Assembly: GCF_018977255.1 (NCBI RefSeq)
Contig: NW_024704742.1
Span: forward strand, 131,132,001-131,196,000
DNA length: 64,000 nucleotides
DNA from: Callorhinchus milii
Taxonomy: Eukaryota
Reading direction: 5' to 3'
Shown one piece after another: positions 24,936 through 37,036 of the stretch. The notes under the pieces are model-generated. The model was not told where the DNA came from and ran no database searches. It saw only the letters and a program-made list of their open reading frames with translations. Each line of letters begins with the position of its first letter. Within the stretch, counting starts at the first letter, position 1. Both the position numbers and the translations under genes were made by a program.

Positions 24936-25869
24936 AATGAATATCATAGACTGACATGCGGTATTTCATAATGATATTTGTTAATAAGGGATTCTGTTAG
25001 AATTCTCATTAAATTGCAGGACACTGCAGTGGCAGTGACAACTGTAGCAATTCCTTCCGGGCATAGATTGTGTCCGAGCAGCGTTCCCCGCGGGTCAGGA
25101 GACTTATGTTTGGGTACCAGAGTGAGTCGCCAATTTGTGAGATTTCTCATTAAGAAATCTGTCAAGAAATAGTGCAAATTAGACTCAATAATTTGATAGC
25201 TGTAGACATTCTGTGCAGGGTCAATAAGCCATTTACACATAAACTGTATATGCATGCGGTTGACTTTACCTGAGAGGTGAGAAAAAAGAAAAGATGAGCT
25301 TTCTCCAGTAGTGATACTGACATTAGCCGGTGTGTGTATGTGTGTTTGTGTGCATCTTTTAACAAGGATATATGAGGGCTGACACCAAGACTCGCTTGAG
25401 CTGCACGGAAAGAGATTGGAATGAAGTGCCAACCTTCACCAGGAGTGTATTGTGCTTCTCAGACCTTCTCTTCAGTGGAATTGGATGTCCAAACCATCGT
25501 TTCGTCAAAAAATAAACACGGCCTGCCTCGAAGGAAGTGACTTGTTTTTCTCTCCAGAGTTTGGGCTCAAATTGACAGCGGGAATCTAAAATACGATATG
25601 CTCAAATGGATCTGTAAATAGCGACTCAGAGTTTCAACAGCAGAGTCTAAGAGTAACCGGACATGTGTCACACCGACCAGTTGAAACTCTGCTCCTGTAG
25701 ACTGCACCCAAGTTGACTATTAGAATTATACTTCCCTGCATCAAACATATTTCTCCAGACTCCCGCTTCTGAGTCAAATGGTTGTGGGTTTCAATCCCCA
25801 TAATTTGAACTCATGGTCTAGGCTGACATTGCAGCATTGGTGCAGAATCTTTCACTTCAGGAGAATGTC

Positions 25870-26260
25870 CCAGAACGCTTTGCTGAATTTACTGTAAATT
25901 GCAGTGAATGTCTATTTCGTAGATAGACAAAGTATAGGCAATGTCCGAAAAACAGCCATGGAGCGAGTGACCAATTTTATTTGGGGGATTGTTGGCCAGG
26001 ACACCGGGAGAGAGAAACTCCCATCCCTTTTCCAACAGCTCCATGGGATCTTTAACGTCCACCTGAACAGACACAAGCAACTTTAGTTTAACATCTCAAC
26101 AACTACAACAGCAGGGTAGAGCCCCAGAGCACTTGAAAGTACACTGTCTCCTCTGCAGTACACCACCTCCAACAACAACACCTCCCTCAGCCCTTTATTG
26201 TAGTGTCAGCATAGACTATGTGAGTTCGACGTCCTGAGGTGGAACTCAAATCTAGGTTCA
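25870..26260 (-). mobile_element. SINE-A
   Basis: ccatgggatctttaacgtccacctgaacag Deu core. Confidence 0.8.
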
Positions 26261-26378
26261 ATGACATCCAAGACCCAGCATAATAATCATGATAATAATA
26301 ATCCTTGCATTTAATATAGGGCCTTATCACATCTTCGAGATGCCTCAAAGCGCTTCACAGAATATACTGTGAAGTGAA

Positions 26379-26514
26379 CAAAACACAAAATACTGCAGAT
26401 GCTGGAATCTGAAACAAAAACAGAGAGAACTGGGAAAACTCAGCAGGTCAGGCAGCATCTATGGAGAAAGGAAAGTGAGTCAACGTTTCGGGTCCACGAC
26501 CCTTCGTCAGAACT
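26379..26514 (-). mobile_element. Short Penelope-like (PLE) terminal element with 13-bp TSD
   Basis: Flanked by actgt(g/a)aagtgaa at 26366-26378 and 26512-26524; paralogues at 3619, 28594, 33464. Confidence 0.8.
26478..26514 (-). ncRNA. Minimal type I hammerhead ribozyme motif
   Basis: AGUU-CUGACGA-A-GGGUC(GUG)GACCC-GAAA-C-GUU-GACU: both core boxes, 5-bp stem II, 4-bp stem I, palindromic loopless stem III. Confidence 0.7.
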
Positions 26515-28339
26515 GTAAAGTGAATTGACCTAATATTTTGTGGGAGAAATGCGGCAACCAATTGCGCACAGCAGTGTCCCACAAACAGTTTAGTGACCAA
26601 TTTATTATTATTATCTTTTTTGGAAGGAATTATTACCACCGGAAGTGTGATCCGCCAACCGACTACCAACTGGATTCCTACTTACTCCTAGGTAAACAGA
26701 GGCTTGTGGAGTAAGAAAACTTGCCCAACATTTTGCCCTCCTGGGAACAGAACCCAGATCTCTCGCTTGCGAGGCGAGTTCTCTAACCACTGAGCTACAG
26801 GTCTCCACTTCTGATAATAATTGTTACCAGAAGCGGCTTTGCTTACAATTATTCTTGAGACGACTTGAGACGTCCTCCTGACGTGAAAGGCACTATACAA
26901 ATGTAATTTTGTATTGTATTCTCACAAAAATTGTCGGGCGGAGGGTGGGAGGTAGGGTTATGTGTGAAGGTATAAATAATTAGGGATTATTGACAGGGAT
27001 AGAAATTCTGCGGAAGTGACAACATCACTGGTTCTAATTATCACGTTGAATAATAAAATATAATCCTTGCATTTGATATAGCACCTTATCATACTGTGGA
27101 AACATCTCAAAGCATTTCACAGAATGTATTGTAAAGTGAATTGATTGTGTGTTTTGTTGGCAAATGTTACATTTTCAACACCCGCCACCCATAGGCAGAT
27201 TTTGCAAGCTCACCATTTTGAAATTTACATAGGTTTACGTAGACAGTACAGTGTGGAAACAGACCATTCAGCCCAACCAGTCCGAGCCAGTGTTTATAGA
27301 GGTTTCTCACGACCCACACCATACTCCCTCCCATAGCCTTCTATTCTCATCTCCCTCAATGAGTGTTGTGAGGAATTTGACTACCGGTGCACCTTTCTCT
27401 CTGCTGCTCCCATGGGAATTTCAATGGTGTTGCAATTTTACACAGAGGTAATGGTATCCCTAGCAGCTACCTGAAGTATAAACTTCCACTCTTTGCCGAA
27501 AGCGCATTTGTCTCGTCTCATCTTTGTGGCCCCAACTTTAGCTGGTGCAGTGCATCACGAGAATATATGGTTAATATTTGGCTCTAGTGCAGGAATAGAT
27601 TCTCGTCTTTCTTGACAACTTTAGTCGAAAATTATGTTCAAATAACTTTTAAATCCCTTTGATGCATCATTTTTTTTTGGCAGCCGACTTAGGATGTATT
27701 TAAAGAGCACAATAAATCAAATCCTCTCTTCGTTCTGTATAACATACGAAACCATTGAAATTGAGGAGTAATTGCTTTCCAAATGCATTTCAAATGCTGA
27801 GGTTCCAGGGATCCGAACAAAACATAAAGAACATTGTCTGCTTCTTGTAGAATTGCAATAGTTTTAAGAACAGAAGAAAGCACGGCACGAGAAAAGGACA
27901 TTTGTTCCATCGAGCTTGTTCCTTTCACAGAACATCTAAATGTACTCTTTAATGAAGCCCACCCTGTCCCATCTACCTTTTGGGGATAAACGTGACAAGG
28001 TGCCATAACAATTGCAAGGATTATTATTCATATTTTTATTATTAAAATAAACTTTTGTTACAGATAACGCTGAACTATGGAGATGGTTAAGAAAAACATT
28101 CATTCATTGAATTCTGGGCTGCTTCGTTCTCTGGAGAGGATAGTAATATTAATCATAATAATCCATGCATTTGATATGGCGCCTTATCACTTTGTCTCAA
28201 AACGCTTTGCAGGATATACTGTGAAGTGGGTTGACTGTATTTTGTGGGGGAAACGGATGTAATTGATGCGGAGTCTGGCATGGTCGAAAATTCAGGCCTG
28301 AATATGTCCTGAATAGGTCCTGTCAGTGCAGAAGAGAGC

Positions 28340-28975
28340 AATAACATTGATCCCAGTGTTAGAGCTATGGAATCGTTGGACAAGCTACGACTCTTTATTC
28401 TTGAAAAGAGAAGTCTAAGACGGAACTTTACAGATGCTAAATGGGATAGAAAATGTAAACCAAGAACAATACATTCAGATAAACCAAAGCAGAGGGATAA
28501 GGGAATAAGAGAATCTCATGTTAATGTTATGAAGGACAATTTCAGGATAGACACCAGGAAGTATTTCTTTACACAAAGGTTAATTAACATCTGGTATAAA
28601 CACAGAAGTCACTGAGAACATGCAGCAGGTCAAGCAGCATCCATGGAGAGAGGAAAATGAGTTAATGTTTCAGATCTGTGCCTTTTGTTAATTAACATCT
28701 GATGATTCTCACGACAGTAGATCAAGAGGATATACGTTTATATAGGTTTAGAATTGCAAAGGCCAATTGCAGGACAGAAACCAAAAAGTTTTTATTTGCT
28801 CAGAGGGTAATCAATGACTGGAACAGGTTATCAAGAAAGGTGGTTGAAGCCAGGACACTGGACTCATTTAAAGAGCAGCTTGACACTGTGATCAGAGGCT
28901 GGTAGGATGGGTGTTCTGGCGAGATGAGATCAGATGGGCCGAAGGGCTTTCTTCACCTGAACCTCTTGTGATTCA
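28340..28975 (+). mobile_element. Two decayed CR1 3' fragments separated by a PLE-type insertion
   Basis: LFILEKRSLR, FRIDTRKYFFTQRLINIW and FLFAQRVINDWNRLSRKVVEA translations. Confidence 0.85.
28594..28686 (-). mobile_element. Degenerate PLE-type element with 15-bp direct flanks
   Basis: cagcaggtcaagcagcatccatggagagagg; gttaattaacatctg at 28579-28593 and 28687-28701. Confidence 0.75.
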
Positions 28976-29369
28976 GTGACATGGGATTTTGGAAAGTTGA
29001 TCTGAGGAAATCATGGGGATGTCAATGGCAATCTTCAAGCTGATGAAAGCACAGATCAACAATAAAAATAACTTATTCAAGCAATTTACATGAATTCATT
29101 ATTCGGAGTGTTCAGAGTACACCATCTGCATGTTTAAATGTTACTCTTGTGAAGATACCATTTTTGTCTAATTGTAAGACTCCACAGAAGCATAACGCTC
29201 ACTCACAGTGAGAGGAGATTTTTGTCGAGACAATTGCTGCGTGTAGCTAATCTGTGAGAGTGTTACATACACTAAAAACCCCTGTGAATAAGTAAACTGC
29301 ACCATAAAGATCCCAGGGTCTAACACCCACAGTTTGCTAATTTTAGCTTCGTCCAGTTGACAATATTCT

Positions 29370-30125
29370 AGCACCTGGGTCAGAGGATTGTGGGTTCAAG
29401 TCCCACATTAAGATGTAAACTCATTGTGTAGGCTGATATTTCAGTTCAGAACTGGTGAAATGCTGCATATTGTGTGTGTGTGTGTGTGTGGTGTGTGTGT
29501 GTGTGAGGGTGTCTGCCTGCCCATTCAGGTGGTTGTTAAAGATCTCATGACAAGTCCTGGCAAACAATTCTCCAAATAACATTGATTATTCACTTCATGG
29601 CTGTTCGTGGAACACTGCTTTGTGCAAATTTGCTGTATTTTCCTACAACTCCTTACATTTTCACACCTGGTGGACATCTCAAAGTGCTTCTCAGGATATA
29701 TTGGAGTGTAGCGACTGCGTGTTTTGTAGGCGAATGCAGCAGCTAATTTGCACAATGTCCCACAAACAACCATGAAGTGAATGACCAATTTTATTTGGGT
29801 GTTAAAATATTGGAAGAAACTCCCTTCTCTTTTCGAATAGATTTCACATCTACCAAAACAGGCAGATGGTTTTAACTTCTCACCCGAAATATAGCAAGTC
29901 TGACAAAGCAGCACAATGCCACTCCAATGTCAGCCTAAACTGTGTATGTTCAAAGCCCATACTCAGACTCAGTTATTGTTATACCTTCTGACTCAGAGGT
30001 AAGAATGGTTCAAACTGAGCCAGGCTGACACACAGTCACTACACTTGATAGTAGTTCCTTGTGAAGCACCTCGCGATGTCCTGACATTATGCGCTCTATA
30101 TCAAATGCCAGGATTATTATATCAG
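29370..30125 (+). mobile_element. SINE-A containing a (TG)n run and an antisense SINE-A (~29650-30030)
   Basis: Forward body breaks at ~29648 and resumes at ~30030 (cacagtcactacac). Confidence 0.75.
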
Positions 30126-30249
30126 GATTACTATTAATGCTTGCGAACGTTTCATTCACGCTAACAACAGGAAATCTGTTATAGCGTTTTCAATCTCTTT
30201 GAAAGGGAATTTTCCATTTGCAGCTTTAACTTTACAAAGGGGTTAGGGC

Positions 30250-30500
30250 AGGACAAAGAGGACATCAGAGATGATACCAGGGTTTAGATCACTGAGCTAT
30301 GAAGGGAAGCTAAGAAGCTGAATTTACTTTCATTGGAAAAAAAAGATTAAAAGGAGGCCACGATTCAAGTTTTTACAATAACAAAGGGAATCGATAGGAT
30401 AGATATTGAGAGGTAAACCCAGGATAATAAAATCACACAGACATGGCTAAAGCTAAAGAAACCACCAGCTGAACTTATAGAATAGGTCTTTCAACCAATG
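30250..30500 (+). mobile_element. Old CR1 ORF2 3' fragment
   Basis: gatgataccagggtttaga...ctgagctatgaa...ttttcattggaa, similar to 1830-1910. Confidence 0.7.
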
Positions 30501-31229
30501 GAGTCTTTGGGATGTGAAATGCTATATTTGAAAACTGAACATCGCTGAGCTAATTGTGATTTCCGTTTTGTGCCTGAAATTGCACGATTCGCTAACAAAA
30601 CTGCTGGAAATAAATCACAAAAAAACTAACTCCCGATAAAGATTGCTTTAAAGCTGCCATTTTGCTCTCCTGACCGATTCTCGGACTTTCTGGGACTTTT
30701 CTCCCCATTTGTCTAAGTAAACAGTTACTACATTTGACAGTAAGTATCTTGAAGTGCATTGGACTCCAATGCAGTGTTTGAGACGTTTTGACTTTGGAGA
30801 TGCTGGATCAAATGCGAAGATTATTAGCTTTTCGCCAAAGGAAATTGGACCTGCACTGAGCGATGTTTCACCCAGAAAATATACAGTCAATCCACTTTAC
30901 AATAGATCCTATAAAGCATTTTGAGACATCTAAATGATGTGATAATGCACTATATGCAAAGATTATTGTTATTATTTCCTGGCTAATAATCCCTGTGATA
31001 AACTGAGTGTTCACCCGACAGCTGTTGGCAGCACTCTTGCTGTGCACAAACTGGCTGCTGCATTTGTCTACAGAAACAGTCACTACAATGGACAGTAAAT
31101 ACCTGTAAAGAACCTTGAGACATTTCTTCATGGAGACCCTAGATCAAATGTGAGAATTATTAGCTTTACGTTAAAGTAAATCTGACCGGGCTACATTTCT
31201 CCAGGACATTCTCGGTCATAATAACCCAT

Positions 31230-31648
31230 ACATTTGATATAGCAACTTATCACATTGTCAAAATGTCGCAATTATTAGAGAGTGTAGTGAGTGGGTATTT
31301 TGTAGGTGAAAACGACAGTTAATTTGCACACAGCAACGTCACACAAACAGCCATGAAGTAAACGGTGGATTTTATCTGGATAAGTTTTGGTCAGGACACC
31401 GGGAGAAACTACCATCTCTTTTTTCCAATAGTGCCACGGGTTCTTCAACATTCACCTGAACAGGCAGTCATGTAAACTCGGTTTAACGTCTCATCCAAAA
31501 GATGGCACCTCTGACAACACAGCGCATTCAAAACATTGCATTGGAGTATAAGCTGAGACAACACAAGCTCAAAGTCCGATGCAGGGCTTGAACGCACAAC
31601 CTTCTGACTCAGAGGCGAGTGTGCTGATAGTTGAGCCAAGCTGGCACA
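31230..31648 (-). mobile_element. SINE-A, near full length
   Basis: Reverse tail, Deu core, head ttgaacgcacaaccttctgactcagagg. Confidence 0.85.
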
Positions 31649-32661
31649 GATGCATTAGTCAAGGGAAGGATTCAAAACTGCAACCCAAACACTCCGCCGC
31701 ATGTTTACATTTGGAAGTCTCACAGATCAGCAATTTTGAATTGCAAGACAGCATTCTGCACCGTACTTAAAAGGTACTCATGTGAACCCTTTTCTAAAAT
31801 GCCACGGTGACAACTCATTTATTGAGACCATCTTGTCAATACAGTATTGATTTTTTTTTACACAGTGAATACAAGTCAGAGGTACAAAAATGATCAATCT
31901 TGCTAATTGAGTTGTCAGCATGAAAACTAATCGATCGCCCAATTGATCAATTAAGTTATGGTTACATTTGGTTTGTGACACACCAGAGTCATTGCCGTCT
32001 GTTTCGGATCCGTGCAGCAGTGCCACTGGTCAAGTTACTTCAAGATCCTGAAGAGATCCAGCCAAGCTTGCAGACAAACGAGTTTTAAAAGCGAGTAAAC
32101 AAGGGGAGCAGGGCTTGTATTAAACCTGCCTCGTTGCTGGAATGAAGTGACTTTGGTTGGCTGACTGGCTATATGGGAAATCAAGGAATTTCCTGAGTGC
32201 CCTGTGAATGGTTCTTGAATGCCCTTGTAATTTGTCTCCTGTTATTTAGCACCCCAGAGCCCAACAACAACAACAATTTACATTTGTATAACGCCTTTCA
32301 CGTCAGGATGACGTCCCAAGGCACTTGGTGAGTAACAGCTGGGACCAGCCAATCATCGCCCAGAGCCCGCCCGCCTGCCCTGATGAATAATTTCTATGAT
32401 CACTGCTTGGATCCCGCCCTCCTGTTTAAGGCCCGACAAACCGAATTTGGCTGTTATGCCAAATTGGTAACCTCTCCCATGAATCAGTGATCCCATTTTG
32501 CCTGAAAATCACAATCCCTTTCGAGGAGCAGTCCACCACTGGACTCAAGACATAGTCTTTTTTTGTTGGTCAGCTGGGTGTCTGACACATGTGGAAATCC
32601 AGATTATGAGGCGACCAATTTATCTGTAACTTGGAGTCAGTTAAATTTCACACACACCATT

Positions 32662-32926
32662 TATAGAGACAGGAGGCCATTTGTCCCATTGTGGCTGTGA
32701 TGACCCTTTGAAAGAGCTATCCTCTTAGTCCCATTGTCCCGCTCTTTCCCCATAGTCTTGCAATTTTTTTCTTGTTAACTATATATCCAATTCCCTTTTG
32801 AAAGTTATTATTGGATCTGCATCCACCACGCTTTCAGCCGGTACATTCTAGATCGTAACAACTCGCTGCGTAAAAAAAAATTCTCCTCACCTTCCCTCTG
32901 GTTCTTTGGCCAATTATCTTAAATGT
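32662..32926 (-). mobile_element. CR1 3' end
   Basis: Reverse-complement match to 23060-23330. Confidence 0.9.
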
Positions 32927-33463
32927 CCCTTCCATGGAGAATATTTTTACAACTTGAAAAATGGACGATCTATTGGGATTTGAATCCACAGCTTTCTGGT
33001 CCCTGATCTGGTGCTTGATCAATTGAGCTTGATCAACTGAGCTACTCAGGTCGAAGGTTGTGACCCTAAGTCTCCACTGTTCACATTCCCACTACATTAT
33101 TACTGCAACACTGAAGTCAGCAAATATGTTGAAGGATGGGTTATTGAACTTCTAACCTGGAATATGGATTCTTTAAAATGTTCAATGTTTTAGAAATTCA
33201 ATGATTACACAATTGGGATTAAGAAATCTGTTAGGAAATAGTGCAAAATTGCATCCCGTGTTCTCCATTTCGTTTTCACGTGGAGTGAATCGATCATTTG
33301 CTGTTTGCGGGACATTGCTGTGAGCAAATTAGCTGTCGCATTTTGCTCACAAAAGTGCAGAATCAATACATTTGACAGTAAAATCCCATGAAGCGCTTTG
33401 AGACGTCTTGTGATAAGGCATTGCATCAAATGCAAGGACTATTGTTACTATCCATGCATTTGA

Positions 33464-33860
33464 TGATGAGAGGTCGTTGACCTAAAACGTTAATGTGCTT
33501 TCCTCTCTCCACTTTCCTCTCTCCTTTCTCCACACAGCGAGTTTTTCGGATCTGGACTGCATTGCCTGAAAGGGTGGGGAAGCCAAATTCAATAACAACT
33601 TTTAAGAGAGAAGTAGATAACTATTTGGGGAGGGTATGTTTACAGAGCTATGGGGAGAGCGTGGGGGAGTGGGATTGAATTGGATAGCTCTTTTTAAAAG
33701 GGCCGGCACAGACACAATGGGCCGAATGGCCTCCTTCTATGCTATATAATTCTATGATTCTATGATTCATAGATACTGCCTGACCTGGTGAGTGTTCCCA
33801 GCACTTCTGTTTATATTTCAGATTTCCAGTATCTGCAGTATGTCATCTTTTGTGTATTGG
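33464..33860 (+). mobile_element. PLE-type element with decayed hammerhead, split by CR1 insertion
   Basis: tgatgagaggtcgttgacctaaaacgttaa; resumes with catagatactgcctgacctg after the CR1. Confidence 0.75.
33525..33768 (+). mobile_element. CR1 3' end
   Basis: FSTQRVFRIWTALPERV translation; (ATTCTATG)n tail. Confidence 0.92.
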
Positions 33861-34669
33861 TATTATTGTTCTTTTTCAGTGGGAATGGGGAGAAAACAGC
33901 ATTGAAGATTTCAGAATTCAGGGTATAGTGCTGGAATATATTTCCTCTTGTGCAAACTCAATCCACAGATAAAGTGTGGGGGGTGGGGGTTGGGGGGGAG
34001 GGAGGTGTTCAGAGGGCTCTAAGGATGTTTGCAAGTCAAAGTAATAAGCAATAATTTATAGGAGGCAAGTGTGCATTTTACCTATTCAGCTGAGAACAGG
34101 GGAGTCAATGATTTTGACCTCTGAAGCTCATAGATATTAAAACAGGACCCAGATAACTTTCATTTGTTTTAACGACTGTAATGGAAAGGGAGTTGTGCTT
34201 GGAAACCACATAGCATGTTCAAGGTAAAATAGGGTGCACATAATACTCAGCGTTCCTATGGGCTTTCTGCTTAGCTTTTTCTTTGTAGCAATTATAATGC
34301 TTCATTTGAAAATGCACAATAATGAGAATTATTAGCATTGGAGATAGAAGGGGGGTCGTGGTGGTGGGGAAACAGAGCGCTGCGCAGAATATCTTGTTAA
34401 AATATTCACCGCTGCAACCGTTAAAATTCTGCATATTTAAACATGCCTAGAGACGCTGAAATAATCGGATTTGGGAAATATTATTAGTTTATTCCTCGTA
34501 AGAATCAAACCATCTCGGGTTTGAGCAAACTTATTTTGGGAGCTGCCTGACTCGTGGCATTTCAGTGCTCTACCACTTAGAATAAAATTGCTACCAAAAC
34601 CCTCCCCCTCAATTTGGACACATTTACCTCTCCCCACTACTCTCCATTTGGATGATTTCCTCTCTTCCT

Positions 34670-34862
34670 CCCTCTTGCAAGCGAGAGGATACGGGTTTGA
34701 TTCCAGGGCGGGGTGAAATGTTAGGCAAGTTTCCTTATTCCACACTGCGTTTTGGACACAAAATATACAGTAAATTCACTTTACAGTATATTCTATGAAG
34801 CGCTTTGTGACTTCTCAATGACATGATAAGACTCTATATCAAATGCAAGGATTATTATTATT
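34670..34862 (+). mobile_element. SINE-B, deleted copy
   Basis: gcaagcgagagg...ggcaagtttcctta joined to tail. Confidence 0.75.
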
Positions 34863-34948
34863 ATCATTTGGATGTTTTCCGCTCTCCCTCTCTTCATTTG
34901 AGCTTGCTTTCCTCTCTCCCCGCCCTCGTCATTTGGACTCCCCACCTC

Positions 34949-35257
34949 AGAGTCCTGTAGCTCAGTGGTTAGAGCACTCGCCTTGTAAGCGAGACACCTG
35001 GGTTCAATTCCAGGCAGGGTGAGACCTTGGGCAAGTTTCCTTACTCCACACGCCTGATAATAATCCCTCCAAAAAACAAAAAAAAATAATAAATTGGTCA
35101 TTTTCAATCCACGACTGTCTGTGGGTCATTGCTGTGTGGCTGCTGCTTTTGACCCATAAATATACGGTCAATTCACTTTACAGTCTATTCTGTGAAGCGC
35201 TTTGAAACGTCGAGAAGACGTGAAAAGCGCTATATCAAATGCAAGGATTATTATTAT
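34949..35257 (+). mobile_element. SINE-B, short subfamily, full length
   Basis: A box tagctcagtgg, B box ggttcaattcc, (TTA)n tail. Confidence 0.93.
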
Positions 35258-35829
35258 ATTATGTTTTGCTTTCTCTTCTCTTTCTTCCCTTAAGCGCTCT
35301 GTGACGCTACTCTGTGTGAGGGGCACTATATAAATGCAAGTTGTTGTTGTTGTTGTTCCCTTATTGGATATGTTTTCCCCACGCCTCCACTGTGTGGAAA
35401 GTTACCTCGGGGTTTGTGACAGTGTTTGTTTAGTTAAATCCGCCTGAACACACAATGAGAAATTATACCCTGTGGAACTAAGTACATTTTCACGAGGATC
35501 CATTGGAACTATAATTATGATCATTATATGTATAACTGAAAGTCAATTACAGCACATTCAGCAGGCAACAAGCTTATGCAAGCTATACCATTGTTTAAAC
35601 AATTACAAATTTACAAGTACCAAGTGGTAATTTTCTGTTATTAGATGTGCTGTGATGCTGTAAACAGCAAAGTGTGCTTATTTTCCTAATCGGATTTGCA
35701 ACATGTACGTTGACATTCCTTTGACAAGCCGCACCCTTTAACACCGTTGTTCCCGTTTGCCCATATATCTGCGGCCGACTCATCTGCCCCTCGTGGTAGG
35801 ATTCACACTGGGTCTCTGACTGACACTGA

Positions 35830-36178
35830 TGTCTTCAATTCCCTTCATGCCCTGGCACTTCCCTGCCTCTGCGATCTACTTACCCCCCAATACCCACTGC
35901 CTCCACTTGACTCCGGCCTCCTGCTTGTCCCTCGTGTCCTCCATTCCACTATTGGTGGCTGCGCCTTCAGCCACTAACTCGCCGAAACTCTGGAACTCTC
36001 TTCCTCTATCCCTCCAGCTTGTCCCTTCCTTCCCCATCTTCAGGTCGCGCCAGAAAACGTTCCTCTTTAACTGTGCCTACGGTCACCTCCCTCTTCCCCC
36101 AGGCTCAGCGGTGTGTCAAGCGCTCTGGGACACTGCCCTGCATGAGGGACACTATATAAATGCAAGTTGTTGTTGTTG
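35830..36178 (+). mobile_element. L2 3' end
   Basis: PKLWNSLPLSL...FRSRQKTFLF translation; aaatgcaagttgttgttg tail. Confidence 0.9.
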
Positions 36179-37036
36179 AATTACCAGCTTTCAAGGGAGG
36201 GAGCGCTCTGTCCAGCACTGGTAAACAATGAGTGTCCAGCACCTTGTGGAAGGTACCATAAAAATAAATGCAATTTATTGTTGTTGACCAACTGGTAAGA
36301 TGTCCCAAAGAAAGATCTTGCAGCCTTCTCTCACTTTCCTATTTTTCAACAATACTCCCGTTTTCCTGGAGACTCCTATGAGCTATCCATGACTCCCATC
36401 CCCGATCTCCCTTACCCTCTCTATGCTAAAAATGCAAATTGTGTCCCATGATTGCCATTTCTAATTCACATGAATTGGTCATTTGCTGTTTGTGGGACAT
36501 TGCTGGGTGCAAATTGGCTGTCGCATTTCACCCACACAAGTGAACAGTCAGTATATTTTACAGGAAAATCCTGTGAAGCACTTTAAGATGTCTCGTGATA
36601 AGGCACTGTATCAAATGGCAGGTTATTATTATTCAGTGGAAGTGGGGAGCTCAGTAAGAGTAGATCAAGTGTAATATTGTATAAGAATTGGTGACAATCG
36701 GGTCTACAATGTTTCTTTACAGAGGTGATTATTACAATAAAAAATGATACTTGCATTTGGTACAGTGGCTTTCACGTTGGGAGGAAGTCTCAAACTGGAT
36801 TAGGAGGCAAGGGAAGGAAAGAGATTTACCTTTTCTTTTTAGAGAAAATCTACATCTTTGGATTAGCTTTAATATACACTGCTATACAGTATATGGTTAG
36901 GTATACACACGTGAATTGGCAGACTTTATCTACATGCTCACCTCGCCTCTCGATGGGTTGCCCCGGTCCTCAGGTAGCTATGAACAGCTTCTCCCTCATA
37001 GAGAAGAGTAACCACCTAAGGTAATAAATTATCATG

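Larger units (their letters stand above)
26290..26806 (-). mobile_element. SINE-B full length, interrupted by Penelope-like element
   Basis: Tail ~26290-26378; body and head ~26512-26806. Confidence 0.9.

Noticed and set aside
24944..25432. 162-aa minus-strand ORF
   Set aside because: No recognisable domain, crosses a TG/CA run, non-ATG start; better explained as non-coding
32340..32475. Promoter with CCAAT and GC boxes
   Set aside because: No downstream gene; the end ttggtaacct resembles a degenerate (A)GGGTTGCCAA-type MITE terminus, so a repeat origin is as likely
33471..33483. AGGTC/GACCT as compensatory evidence for hammerhead stem II
   Set aside because: Partly explainable by CpG decay, and this copy has lost core bases, so it is not counted as independent support
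34949..35020. tRNA genes (also 48072 and reverse copies)
   Set aside because: They run directly into SINE body and tail, and anticodons vary among copies
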